The position numbers were made by a program, and so were the translations under genes. A model generated the notes under the pieces. That model saw only the letters and a program-made list of their open reading frames with translations, did not search any database and had not been told where the DNA came from. This document shows positions 36,700 to 55,935 of a stretch of 64,000 nucleotides of DNA, piece after piece. Each line of letters opens with the position of its first letter. Position 1 is the first letter of the stretch. Source of the stretch: Balanoglossus misakiensis (taxonomy: Eukaryota; Animalia; Hemichordata); the NCBI GenBank assembly GCA_040954595.2, contig CM082586.2:2609124-2673123 (forward strand), in the 5' to 3' direction.

Positions 36700-37217
36700 A
36701 TTATCGGTTCTCGGTGGGGCTACGTTCCATTCTACAAGTAGTGTTGGTTTACGGGGAAAAAATAATTTCAGATATTATCTAACCTTGCCTGTATACAAGA
36801 CACAAATAAAATATCCAGGACATTGAGCGAACTGTATCTAGTGACTAGTCACGGGATGCCAAAAATAATATGAAGTTAGATGGTCTCAAAAAGTGATGAC
36901 CTTTCAACTCCATGTACGTAAGGACATGGCATTGGAATCAAAATCTGTTTATGTTAATTTCGCGAATACTGTGTACCTTGTATGTACCCATGGGGTAACG
37001 TTGACGACAATGTTTCGTTTATTCTTATACTGCAGGTAATAAAAGATAAATAGTGATCATGTCTTATCACCAACAATGCGTTCCTGTTCCCCATGACATC
37101 ACGTAGGCGGGGCCAGGATATCAGAAAAAAAGTCTGAATCCAATTCGGATTCTAATACATGTATTGGGATCTGCTGTACTGTGCATTGAGCTAAAGCCTA
37201 AAGTGTTGATGATCGTG

Positions 37218-38500
37218 ATGTTTCAAACTCCAGATTTCTCTCATCTCAGTGGTGAAGACTACAATCGTGTATATGAGCCTGCTGAAGACACATTTCTCCT
37301 TCTTGATGCAATCGAGAAAGATTTTGAAAACTTGAGAGAACTTAGGTATTTCCCAATGATCTAGTCACCCCACCTCCTCCGATTTTCTGTCACGATTGCT
37401 GCCCTATCCCCACCGCTGGCTGCGCTGCTCAAGCAGCAGCGAGAGAAAAGGGTCAAGGGGCGTTTCCATGGTAACTGATCACCGTTCTTGTTCATTCATT
37501 CATTTATCTACTTGCCGATTTGGATCTTTGCGTGTGCCCACTGATTACTATGTGCATTATTATGTGTATTTTGGCAGGCCAACAGTTTGTGTTGAAGTAG
37601 GGTGTGGAGCGGGAGTTGTCATCACATTCGTAGCATCACTGTTGAAACAGGCTGCCCTTTGTATGTAAGTATCTGTATCACAGCAGAATTAAAAAGTTTT
37701 GAGTGATATTTGTTGTTTACATGTTTTGTTATATGGAGTGTTGTCCTTTTCCATCAGAGGTACAGATATAAACAAAGTCGCTGCAACGGTTGCCAAGAAG
37801 ACAAGTAAACAGAACAATGTTACAGTGGATACCATGGTAACAGATTTGATGCAATGTCTACAACCCAGACTCAATGGTTTGGTTGATGTTCTTATTTTCA
37901 ATCCACCGTATGTTGTGACACCAAATGAAGAGGTAGGTTTTAATTGTCTGTCACTGTGTGTATAACTTAGATGGAGAATAGAACATAAAATTACACATAT
38001 TAAAATGCATGGGCCCCCTGCCAAACAGAACAGCAAAGAATCAGCAAATGTATTAAAAGACGGTGTCTCACTATTTCAGGTTGGCAGTCACAGTATTGAA
38101 GCTAGCTGGGCTGGTGGCGATGATGGCAGACGGGTCATGGATAGACTATTTCCAATTGTCCCTGATCTCTTGTCTATGCACGGAGTCTTCTATCTTGTCA
38201 TAATCAAGGAAAACAAGCAAGGTGAAAAAATATTCAATTCTAAAAAAAGCATTTTCTTCATACATACACCTACACACTACATGCAGGCACACACACTGTA
38301 ACAAAAATGATGCTGAAGGAAGATTGTTTTGTTGGCACTTATCAATAGTTTTTTGTCATTCCTTGATTGCAGATGAAATCCAGGAACTAATGAAGAGTTA
38401 TGGTTTTACGATGACAGTTGTTATTACCCGGAGATCAGGACCTGAGAGGTTGTCTGTGTTGAAATTTACAAGGACGGGTGGATACATACACCCAAGTTGA
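37218..38500 (+). CDS. N6AMT1: Methyltransferase N6AMT1/HEMK2 (eRF1 glutamine methyltransferase), multi-exon
   Basis: VYEPAEDTFLLLDA, motif I EVGCGAGVV, GTDIN, LIFNPPYVVTP, SWAGGDDGRRVMDRL and RRSGPERLSVLKF on successive short GT-AG exons. Confidence 0.93.
37462..37475. promoter_or_regulatory. Candidate RFX X-box in N6AMT1 intron 1
   Basis: GTTTCCATGGTAAC closely matches the palindromic X-box consensus GTNRCC(N0-3)RGYAAC. Function not shown. Confidence 0.4.
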
Positions 38501-38854
38501 TACACCAACAATAATAAATACACTTGTAGGATATTTTATTAAAACAAACCTGGGATAATGTACAAGTTTCAACAAAGACACAATCTACCTGTAATTAACA
38601 TGTTAATCTTGTTTTCCCTGCAGCTTCAGCTTATAATACAAAAATCAGTTTTATGTACATTTATGATAGCATCAAAATTTACAATAAAAGTTTCATTATT
38701 ATGACAATAAAATAAAAATGTCAAAAAATGTATATTTGTTTTGTATTCACTTTCCCAATTCAAGACTGAGAACTCGAGTTGGTGGATCTCTGGTTCAATG
38801 ATGTGTTGGACATGAATGTCCACAAGTGCCGGCCTAAAAAATGCATCATTGGAT

Positions 38855-44252
<5,398 letters not shown>

Positions 44253-44608
44253 TTTTGCAAAAATGTCACCAAAAGTTGTTATTTTCGAAAGCAAAATATA
44301 CAAAGCAACACTTCCTATGGTTCTATTTGGGTTGTTGCTAAGAAGCCAATACCCCTTAGGTTAGCTAATATTAGCAAGTTGGCTACTCAAGTGAATAATG
44401 TGGGTGAATTTGCTTTTGTGGGGAAAAAGACACAATTTCGGTATCCTGCGAAGATGAGATAAGATTTTCTGCTTACATTTGGGTAGCTAAGAGTCTCAAA
44501 ATCGCTACATTTGCAAATACCTTGTAAAATTCAGCAATGACCCGATGACCCCTGCCCCATGAAAGGTCAATTTACCCAGAGTACTGTTCGTTCTCTTCAA
44601 CATCAAAC
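44253..44608. promoter_or_regulatory. Bidirectional DRC1/RPL11 promoter with X-box-like site and TOP-like pyrimidine tract
   Basis: The two ATGs are ~356 bp apart. GTTGCTAAGAAGC (44334-44346) resembles an RFX X-box, as expected for a motile-cilia gene. ttctcttc lies just upstream of the RPL11 ATG, as in ribosomal-protein TCT/TOP starts. Confidence 0.6.
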
Positions 44609-46010
<1,402 letters not shown>

Positions 46011-47826
46011 ACAAAGAAAAAATTGTGTTTTTGAACTGTAAATTACCCTGATAAAATAAAATGCAGGTTTATTAACACAGAGACCTCATTACTGTTCTTT
46101 AAAAGTTTGATTATTGAAAGGGTGTTCCTGGATGATGTATGAGTGAATAAAGAAATGTTAAAGATGAAGCATGGGGGTAGTTTTGATCCTAGACTGCAGG
46201 ATCCAATGCTCAAGGTGCTTTCTGTCACACACGTATGCAGAAAGCATGTTTGGCAACAGATTTCAAATCTTTCACTTGGTATTGTGCAAACCTCCATAAA
46301 TGATAATGTCAGGGTGGCCTGAAGTGTAACTCACATAACTTTTGGTGATGCCCAGTCATGGATCGTCAGGTTCTGTTGCCATTTCAAGACACTGTCCATC
46401 AAATCTCGGATGCACATCACTGATGACCAGCTGGCGTAAAAGAGCAATTCCTGTGTGCAGCGCCCCCTGTCGAGAACAAGTTGCACTCCCCTCTGAACCG
46501 ACCAAACTTTGAATATAGGTCATTTATTTTCATTGTAAATTGATCAAGATCATGATTATCATACACCAACACAATCTAACAAACCTAAATCCATATTTGT
46601 ACAAAGATATAAAATCTCACATCATAGAGTATGTATAATGCTCAACATAAACTGCATTATACAAGCTGTTAGAAATGTTCTATGTACACATACGTAAACA
46701 TTATAAGCTATAATGTAAGTTTTATTTTTTAATGAAGTGTTTGAAGATTATTGAAGTTGGAAGTCTGTGATATTGGCAGATTACAATCTTAAGGTCCAAC
46801 TCTCAAGACAGACAGATAGTTATTAGCTGCTAATTGTACGTCAAAATTTCCACTAATTCTACTTGCATAAATTTTTCTTCTCAAAGGCTTACCAAGATGA
46901 GAGAACACAAGGCAATACAATCCTTGTATGAGTAAAATATATATCTGACATATATATACGGTGAGCTTTACTGCAAGCATTGCATGACCGACAAATCGTA
47001 ATGCCCAAACAGTATAAGCTTACACACCATACCGTCACATGAAAGGCATAGACTATGCTGTGATTCTTGAGAATATAGTGTGATGCACACAAACATACTG
47101 TGATGCGCACACATTCACACCAAATATTTGTACATAGCTTGGCACCAAAGTCAGTGATTACAGAGAACTGTGCTTGCTCCTGATCTCATATTTACAATTA
47201 TTTCAAAAAACAGTAAATCTTGTGTTAGGGTAATCCAACCAATCTTGTGCCAAAATGTGATATTAAAATTACAAAGATTCACACACAAATAAACCACCAA
47301 CTCACATAAGGCAATTTCAGCTTAAATTTGCGTTTTCAAGATTTACACATAAAAGAGAGTTGCAGCGATTTTCATGGAAGATTTACAAATCTAATCCTTC
47401 TGCAAGATAGCCAAAAATAATAAATGTTTTGAATGACATGGCTGCACCATACAGAGAAAAGGGGATCTAAGAATTACCAAGTAAGTTATGTTGGAAATGT
47501 TGAATTAAAAAAAATCGAAATATTTGCCAAATGGGCAAATCAGTAAATTTGTGGGTTACAAATCCCACTCAATCTGTTTAAATACAGCAAACAATATAAC
47601 CTGGTATTTTGCACAAACAATCCACCTTTAATACCCCCCCCCCCCTTAAAATAGCTTTCATTTGTACCCTCCAAGCTGTTACAAATAAAACATTATTTCT
47701 GGAAGTGTTTACATGTGGAGGTGTGCATCTTTGCCATCAAAGGTGAAACAAAGATCACACACAAATGGATGGAGATTGACCGAGAGGACACATAAATATT
47801 AAGTGCTAAATCTTGATGTTTATTGT

Positions 47827-50800
47827 CTATTCCTCGTCCAGAGACTTGGCGAGAGTTGTGACTGCCTTTTTGGATCCTGGCGAAGTCCCTAGATAAGCAT
47901 TACAGGTAATTTTCATGTGTCCTCTGCTGACAGGGTGGATCTTTTTCAGTTCGTTGAGCTCCATTCGCGTCCAGTCCTGTTTCGTTCTCTGGTAGTCGTT
48001 CCTAACTCTCTCCTTGGCGTTTCCGCTGTATTTAGTTCTCAGCTCCTCCCTGAAATTAATCATACACACATTGTCAACTAATTAGCTCTGGGTGTTTATC
48101 TCCAGCAAACTGGAATATTCAACGGTATGGAAGGGGGTATCATGTGACGATTGACCAACCTCTCAGAAGAGGCCATTTTCATGACCTCCGAATGACCTTA
48201 CATCCTGGTATTTTGTTGTTATGACATCATACATCATTCATCCTTTTTGTTGCACAGATTCAATGGTATGGTTCACTTACTTTTCCAGAGTTTAAACTAA
48301 AACTGGTATACTCATACCAACTAAAAGGGCACCAAGTATTATACCCACATCCCTGACTGACCATAGACAATCGGAACCCACCTTAATTTGGGAACATCAC
48401 TCCAGAACATCTCCTTGTTAGCCATTTCTGGGTTGTCCATTTTCACCACTGGCCATTTGGGTAGTCTTGTACTTCCTTCTTTCTTCCCTGAATCCTTCTT
48501 GTCTTTCCTAATTTGAATTTTAAAAGAAATCAGATTAAGTAATGTTCAATTTTGTGAGTATATATCCTCGAAATCAACATGAAAATATGTTACAATGCTT
48601 CCCTGCTCTGTTCACACACATTCCAAACTACAAAACAAAAATGACTTACTTCTTTTCTCTGGGGCTCATCACTGGTGAGGAATCTGGGACTGGATCTAGT
48701 TCACTGCAATGGAAGAATAGATTGCATTAATGTGCATCTAGCAAGCCAACTATTCATTATTAACATTGACTTCAACAATTGTTCTTGCAAATACCGTTAG
48801 ACAATACACAAGGAATTAGTCCTGAAACTATTTCCTTGACGAGACCAAATTTTCATCACCACCACTGTTATTGCCAGCATTGTGTCCAAAATCCACACTC
48901 CCTTTTATACAGGTTGGTGCGACAAGTATGCATGCAGGGTTACAGCCCCAAATAGCAAACTTGGTACCGTGTCTCTGTGTTTGACAATGGGCGTCTCTCA
49001 GCACGGGCCTCAGTCCCATTCAGACGCCCGGTACATTTATTGCTACAGGTACTGATTCTAGGATAACTCATAACACACGTACACTTGATGAAAAATTGCC
49101 TTTTAATACAGTTTGATCACCCTCAGATCAGGTTGCATTAACGTGACTTTTAGGCCAAAGAGTATTTATAACAATGATTGAACTCGCATATTTTGGTATC
49201 CCTGATCTTCCTGATTCCTACCTTGCCCAGGTGTGAGTTGATTGTAAAAAATGAAACACTGAAAAAATATAGGACTCCTCTTTCTGATGTGCAACAAAAA
49301 TCCAATTTGAATATTTACTTACACGTCCATTCGATGTGAGACTTCCGGATCAACCATTCCAATGGCCGTTTTCCTGGTGATGTAACCGTGCCGGACTTCA
49401 TTTGGGATGTCCATTAAATATTGCACAGTGTCTGTTTTGTAGTAAGGTGCTAAACTATTCCAGATGAACGGAGTGTGGGGAGCACTGGAGACGAAATAGA
49501 AATCAACTCATTATCATAAAATTGTACGAACTAAAAAACAATGTATGCGTACAGAAAGATTGACAGTGGAATTCCAATCTAGGGAACACAAACATATTCG
49601 AGAGGTATTGGAAAAGGGCTGTTGACATCAATCCATTGTGAACGGTATTTGTTTATTTTAAAGTCTGCCATGCATGATGTGTAAGATTACAGAGAGAGTT
49701 CTGCTTGATTTACCATTCGTGAATCATTCCAACAGGTGGTTGATGATTAAACTGAGACAGCAGTTTTATAGTGTAGCTGGTTAATTGATTTTGATGTCAA
49801 GAAAATAAAATGTGTCAAATATATTGTTAAGGAAGACCCCACCTTTCTGGTTGTTTAATTTTACTTTTTTCCTCGTCAAGTGTTTTCTTAAACTTTTCCA
49901 ACTGTTTTTCATATTGCCTGTGTCGTTTGGTTTCTTTTTCTTGATATGTCATCTCTGAAAAAAAGATGGAAAAATGGCATTAAGTCTGGTCCGGAAAATG
50001 TACAAATGTTACTATCAATTATGTGTAGAATTTTACAGCATGTTAATTCTCTTGCTTTAACATCCTGGATGAAACACTACACAAATACATTCACACAAAC
50101 ATGCACAGATGAATGGAATCCATTGTTGCATGCATTACCCTTTTTCTCACCCTCTTTCTTCTCATTTTCATCCTTATGTTCTTGCTCCTCAGCATGTTCC
50201 TCCTGCTCTTGCTCTTCCTGTTGGGTGGTTTCCTAGCAACCAAAAAGACAGCAATGATAAGAGAACCAAAAACACGTCTGGGTAAACATCTGTCGAAATC
50301 TGCGGATACGAATATTGTCAATTTCATCAACTTTATCAGTAAACCAAACTGCATAATCGTATGTCTCAAACATAACCTTTAAAACGCATACCTTTAGTTT
50401 AGGGAAACATATACGAGTAGATTGTATTTGTGGTACCCATGTACGAGAGACTTTTGCGATACCTTAGCGCCCAAGGTTTGTTTACGTTTCTAATCTCAAC
50501 AAGCTCTGAGATTTGTGATCAAATCACCGTATTATGGTGCGATCTTCCATGGCGGAAGAGAATGTCGAGTTAACCCGATATTATCGTCACACAGACATTC
50601 AACTGAACTATAGCAAGAATAATTGAACATGGTGTTAACTTGACAACCGGTAATTATTGTTGTAGACCTTCTCCGGTGGTAAATTACACGGCCAACATGG
50701 CGGCGCGAAATGTACATGAAGCGGTGCCAGCGCGACATCTGCTTGATTTTGATTTGGGGAATTAATAATGCCATCAACCGAGACAGCTGTACTGAAATCC

Positions 50801-50853
50801 AACCCCCAAGAAACACTACACGCGCTTACCTCTTCGGCTTGTTGATCAGACAT
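47827..50853 (-). CDS. Uncharacterised multi-exon protein (~250 aa; acidic N-terminus, more complex C-terminal region)
   Basis: Phase-compatible GT-AG exons: MSDQQAEE (50853-50830) | ETTQQEEQEQEE...EKK | EMTYQEKETKRHRQYEKQLEKFKK | SAPHTPFIWNSLAPYYKTDTVQYLMDIP...DPEVSHRMD | ELDPVPDSSPVMSPREK | ...TRLPKWPVVKMDNPEMANKEMFWSDVPKL | REELRTKYSG...KSLDEE*. Family not recognised. Confidence 0.75.
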
Positions 50854-51992
50854 TTTGGTGGTGACAATGCAGTGAAAACCGTGCGAACTCCTTAACACAG
50901 ACCGCCTACCTATCAGCACGCGTATGTATATACACTATGACTGCGTCCTATACCACACACAGTATACGTAGAGCATTACAACCGTGTCCATAGCGACTAT
51001 TGTTAACACAATTAGCCAATCATTATTCACAAAGATAATCACGTGATTGCGACACCGCCCATTGTTTTCATCCAGGTTCAGCCGCGCTGGGCAGTAGGGC
51101 AATGGAAAAGTGGCGTAAAACAAGCAAGTTTATTTATTATTGGGGGATATTAGCATAGATTATGACAACTACAGAGACAGACGTGGTCAGACCATAGAGC
51201 TCTCGATATTGTCAGCTTTACAAGTGTGGGACAGACACCATGTATTACATGAGATCAAGAATGTACTCTCTCTCTCTTGTTTTGCCACGCAATCTTTTTT
51301 GTCATATTCATGACAGTGGTCATAGCAATATGTACAGAGATCCTCGATCAATATTTCACAAGATCCCATTTACAAGATTTACAAGTCTCACACACACACA
51401 TATATAAATATACAATTATTGCACCAATCCATTTTAATACAATGAGGTACAAAAAACTATAAATATTGCAATTCAATGCCGATTTCCAAGAGGCAAGGGT
51501 GACTCTGCAAGTTATGACAAGACTAGCTAATGAACTGTAACCAAAGACAGACTTAACAACTCCACGGTTACTAGTAACCGTGACACCTCCAAAAGTGTGC
51601 CAGCATAGACTAGTTATGAACTCCCATCATACAAGCATAATGTACACATTTCTAATTTAACATCAAACAAAACAACCCATATGCAAAGATTACCACGAAA
51701 CCACTAAATGTATGACTTAAAATATTCAATATGGACGAACACCAACTCTGATTTTGGATGACTGAAACACTACACAGAAAGAAATCAATATTTGCAATGT
51801 GTGGTTGTCATAGCAAACATATCTATTTGAGCTGTTACCTCTTGGCTGTGTTGGCAAGTGCCCTTAAAAACTGTCTGGCAACTTTATTTCGCATCAAAAT
51901 AAAAGAGCTGGGGAATAGTGACCTTGTTGGAAAAATGACACTGAAAATAACGATTTTTTTTGTTTTAAAAAATTGCCACATTTTTTAGAATG

Positions 51993-53730
51993 TTACGATG
52001 ACTCATTTGGCTTGACGTAAATCCCTTCCATGACTTTCCAATGAGTGGCTGCGGATGGACTGTCAATGCCGGCAATTTCACGCTGTCCACGGATGGGTCT
52101 GCCATACACTTGTTCTGTTGCTCCAAGATACCTGCAAGGAAATGAGAAGTTCAGGTGTTAGATCTAAGATGTTCACACTGCCTTAAGTATGCTTAGAAAA
52201 CAGTAGTCCGTTTGTAGACTTAACGTTGTGCATCAACATCAACTGTACATCATGTAGTGAGAGGATAAAACATGCACCAATGTACAACCACGTTGTTTTC
52301 TCAGTCTAACAGTGTTCAATTCGGACGGGTTCAATGATGCTATCTGTTCGCCTATACTTACACTTCTGTACCCACATGCTTGAGGCGGACTGGTTCATCT
52401 CTTCTCCAGTGGGTTGTTGAACATGTTACAGCCCAGTAATCACCTACCACAAGTGAACACAAAAGACTTTGGTTTAGAGTTTTGATACACAATTGATGGA
52501 GTCCCAACGGAAAAGTTTCAACTGACACAAAGGTATTTGTTCGGTTTGTACCACTGTCCAACTTAAGTTCTGGGTTTTACTGGATGACTTACTTTCATCT
52601 CCCTGCCCACCATTGCCAAAAGCGCTGATTTCTTGATATTTAGACGACAGTGGTGCAGTGAAGAAATGAGTGTGTAGATTTCGTCTTGTATTGCTGTGCA
52701 TTAGTCGAATTGTCTGTCCACATTTGATTGGAGCCCTGTATAGTGAAACAAACATTTATTATCTATGGTGATAGCTAGTGTCTAAAGGAGAAATTTCCAG
52801 AAAAGTACAAGTCCCTCCAACCCTGCCACCCCAGTTTCCTTGTGTTCAGGTCCAACCACACCACTGGCAACAATAGAGTTGTTCCAAATTTAAGTGGAGG
52901 AAAGGTTGGCCTCACATTTGAAAAATCATCTCTACCTTAAAATGTTCACAATATGTTTTACTCACCCTCTTGTGCAAGGTTTATCATATTTTCCCTGGAT
53001 TTGCCAGTAACTGTTGCCATCATCAGACGTGTCCATACCTGTCACAGACTGAATGGAGAAATCTTATTTTAGAACATGTGCTCAGAAAAACAGCAATGGA
53101 AAAATCAAATCTCTTCTTCACATATTCACCAACAAGAGCTCTCATGTGACCTTACGATCATGATGGCAACCATTTTTAGAAAATTCATATGAAACACATA
53201 CAAAATCTTATTGTCACATACCTGCTGTCCACTACCCGAGCCATACTTGACATCATGGGAGTGTAGTCTAACATTGTATCGGGTGTTTTTTAACTTAACT
53301 ACTGATCCACATGTTACAAATTCATATTCCATAAAATCTGCATAAGGTGACAAAAATATCATAGATTAGGCAAACTTAGTGGTTCTAACACTATAATTTA
53401 TCTTGTGTCCAATGAACCCCAACAAGCTGGCCTCAACCAAAATGTGGTGAACATGTTGACATGATTTTAAGGTTAGTACTGTATTCCCCCAGTAAAAGCC
53501 AATATCCTGACTCAACCAGGAAGTGCCAGCCAGACGCGCATACACAAAGCTCATGTACATCAATGCGTCGTTGAATGCCAAAAACGTTAAATTTGATCTT
53601 GGTGGGAATCAAGTTAACTGTATCTATACATACCATCATCAGACGAAATCGTTGAAACGATTAAAGACGAGAAAAATATCAGAAAACCCCAGCATATTTG
53701 AGAGCACAGTTTCTGTATGGAGGTCGCCAT
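51993..53730 (-). CDS. SDF2: Stromal cell-derived factor 2-like MIR-domain protein, multi-exon
   Basis: Signal peptide MATSIQKLCSQICWGFLIFFSSLIVSTIS. Then VTCGSVVKLKN...RLHSHDVKYGSGSGQQSVTG, IKCGQTIRLMHSNTRRNLHTHFF, WRRDEPVRLKHVGTEV and YGRPIRGQREI...WKVMEGIYVKPNESS*. Confidence 0.92.
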
Positions 53731-54799
53731 CTTCGTGGGCCACGTCAGGTTAATAGCGTGTGACGTCACAGGACACCCCAGCTCTCTGTAAAATAAACCT
53801 TGACGAGCGAATGAAAGTTATCCACGTATTAACTTGTGATTGTTTCCAAACATTTTTGGACTATGATTAAATGAAAACAGAAATTTTGATGTCTCTAAAA
53901 ACCATTTAATCCACCAAGACCGATGATTGTCCTCAGTAAGCGCCTCTGTTATCAGGACGAGCCGTGAGCCGCTCTTCTGATAACATGAATAAAGCGCTAT
54001 CGCTTGGGGAGGCTAAATGTTCGAAATTAACCCGGAAGCGATTTCATAAATCGACGTACACGATGCCTGAGATTCTTGTAATATTTTATCCGTCCGAATT
54101 TTTTTATCCGCCCGAAGAACATAGGCAATTCACAACGATTGTGCGAATCTCTACAAGTTTCCGCCATAGCTAGAATCAATCATTATGTTGTTTGATCTAG
54201 AGTTCTCTTGAATTTCCCATTGAAATAGCTTGATGTGTTGATGTTCACAGTTTCCCCGTCAGACTGTATTCAGAGATACGTTTGCACGAGTTGAGCTTGA
54301 GCCTGTGGAATTCACTTCAGAATATCACTGCGAATTGCTAAGACATAGAATAATCGAGTTTTCCGTGGTAAGCATATCACTTGTATTTCTTGAACATTTC
54401 TTAGCTGTGTTTTACGATAGTCCAGCGGAAACGCAGTGAAAAATAAAGTGAAGCTCTAGCTTTCAAGTTGGTCCAACTGTTGACATGGGTACGGTGTTAA
54501 TTTTCAGAGCGACCTTGTGCTTACCAGCGCGGAGAGGAAGCAGTTAATGTTGATTGGAAATAGGAGTAGAAATTGCACCTCCATGTAAAACCAAAACCAT
54601 ATGTTTATAGCTATATCGCAAGTGGTCGAATAGTTCGTTGTTGGAGAGGGCATTTCCCTAACAGCACAATTTCTCCAACCAGTTGCAACGAGGCCAAGGT
54701 CACTAGCCACAGAAGACGAATAATCAAAGTCTGTCTTTAAATTTTCCAACAGCGTGAAAATCAATCGAAATAAAAAATTAGGAGAAAAACTGGTGCAAG

Positions 54800-55270
54800 A
54801 TGTCGGAGTCTTTCGGAAAGCAGCAATTGGACAGCAAGATAGCAATTTGGAAGCAAAAGGAAACGGAGCATCGAGAGAAACAAATGATCAATCCGTTCTC
54901 AGATTGGGAAGGGGCATCCCACCGGAAAAGACTAGACAAGGATGACCCGGAGTACGCCCGGCCGATGGAAGGGACAATGACGGACATACGCGGTAAGCAG
55001 GCTGGAAAGATGGTCAGTCGGGAGATCGAGGAGCTGGTGGAGGTGATTGAGAGGCTTGGGAAGAGAAATGATGAGGGGGAGATCTGTGTGAGGTTCGGGG
55101 TGTTGTTTGAGACGTACACCAGGATCTCGAACAAGCTGGTGGGAATGCTGATGAGGGCGAGGAAGCAAGGACTGGTGGACTTCGAAGGCGAAATGTTGTG
55201 GCAGAGAAGGGACGATCACGTGCCCATCACCTTGCTCGTGTCATCCGTTGACATAAAACAGAAAAGATAA
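54800..55270 (+). CDS. ABRA: Actin-binding Rho-activating protein-like (short ABRA/STARS, Costars domain), single coding exon
   Basis: QMINPFSDW, YARPMEGTMTDIRG and FGVLFETYTRISNKLVGMLMRARKQGLVDFEGEMLWQRRDDHVPITLL match the conserved ABRA C-terminal half. Confidence 0.88.
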   Translation: MSESFGKQQLDSKIAIWKQKETEHREKQMINPFSDWEGASHRKRLDKDDPEYARPMEGTMTDIRGKQAGKMVSREIEELVEVIERLGKRNDEGEICVRFGVLFETYTRISNKLVGMLMRARKQGLVDFEGEMLWQRRDDHVPITLLVSSVDIKQKR

Positions 55271-55844
55271 AGGTGACTCCCTTCGCGACTCACACTTTAC
55301 GTGATTAGCTGGGCGGCGACAGTCACGTGATATGGAACGTGGGGAATATATGGGTCAGTTTAGCAGGGTGTCCAAGGGACAGCCTTGCAAGTTGGAATCC
55401 TTAAAAATATATTTGCCATTTGTTCACAAATATAACTTCATATTATTTAAATTGTAGGTTTTAATATTATATATGAAGTAATAAAACTAGTGGCGTGTCA
55501 CAAAAGTTTTACTAAGGATGTGAAAGGGCCAAGTGTAACTTCTTTGGTGTCAGGAAGTTACGGCCTGTTTCCATTTAGTTTTAACTCTTGTAAATTTAGA
55601 TTGTAATTAAATACCGCTATCTGCCACATGCATTCGAACTTAACGAGTTTTAGCAGAGAACATCTCCAGCTTTCTCCACAGAAAGTTCAATGAGACGAGA
55701 GAAACTTAATACGCTGTCATCTCAGACGACACTATTGTTTCTTTTGACTTTGAAGAGCGTCTGCACCAAAAATTACGATCGGTATAAATAAGAGAATAGT
55801 CTCGGTACCTGACAGACAGTTTCGGTCCGGATCCGACGATAATG

Positions 55845-55852
55845 TATATAAA
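55845..55852 (+). promoter_or_regulatory. Candidate TATA box of the CUB/LDLa gene
   Basis: TATATAAA(G) lies ~90 bp upstream of the signal-peptide ATG at 55936. Confidence 0.55.
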
Positions 55853-55935
55853 GGCCCAGATGTCTACAAGGCGTTGTGGTGTCATGTTAGACAGTTGTCC
55901 AGTCTGAGACCACGAAGAGCTGGCAAGCTTTGGAG

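Noticed and set aside
46458-46473. CTCF-like motif cagcgccccctgtcga (and a weaker one at ~30659)
   Set aside because: A short partial match that cannot be distinguished from chance without a PWM scan or ChIP data.
46050-47820. Short ORFs and a C12 run downstream of RPL11
   Set aside because: Consistent with 3' UTR/intergenic sequence; no coding or RNA-gene signal seen.
50113-50382. Plus-strand ORF with long Leu/Phe hydrophobic run
   Set aside because: It is the antisense shadow of the Glu/Lys-rich exon of the minus-strand gene.
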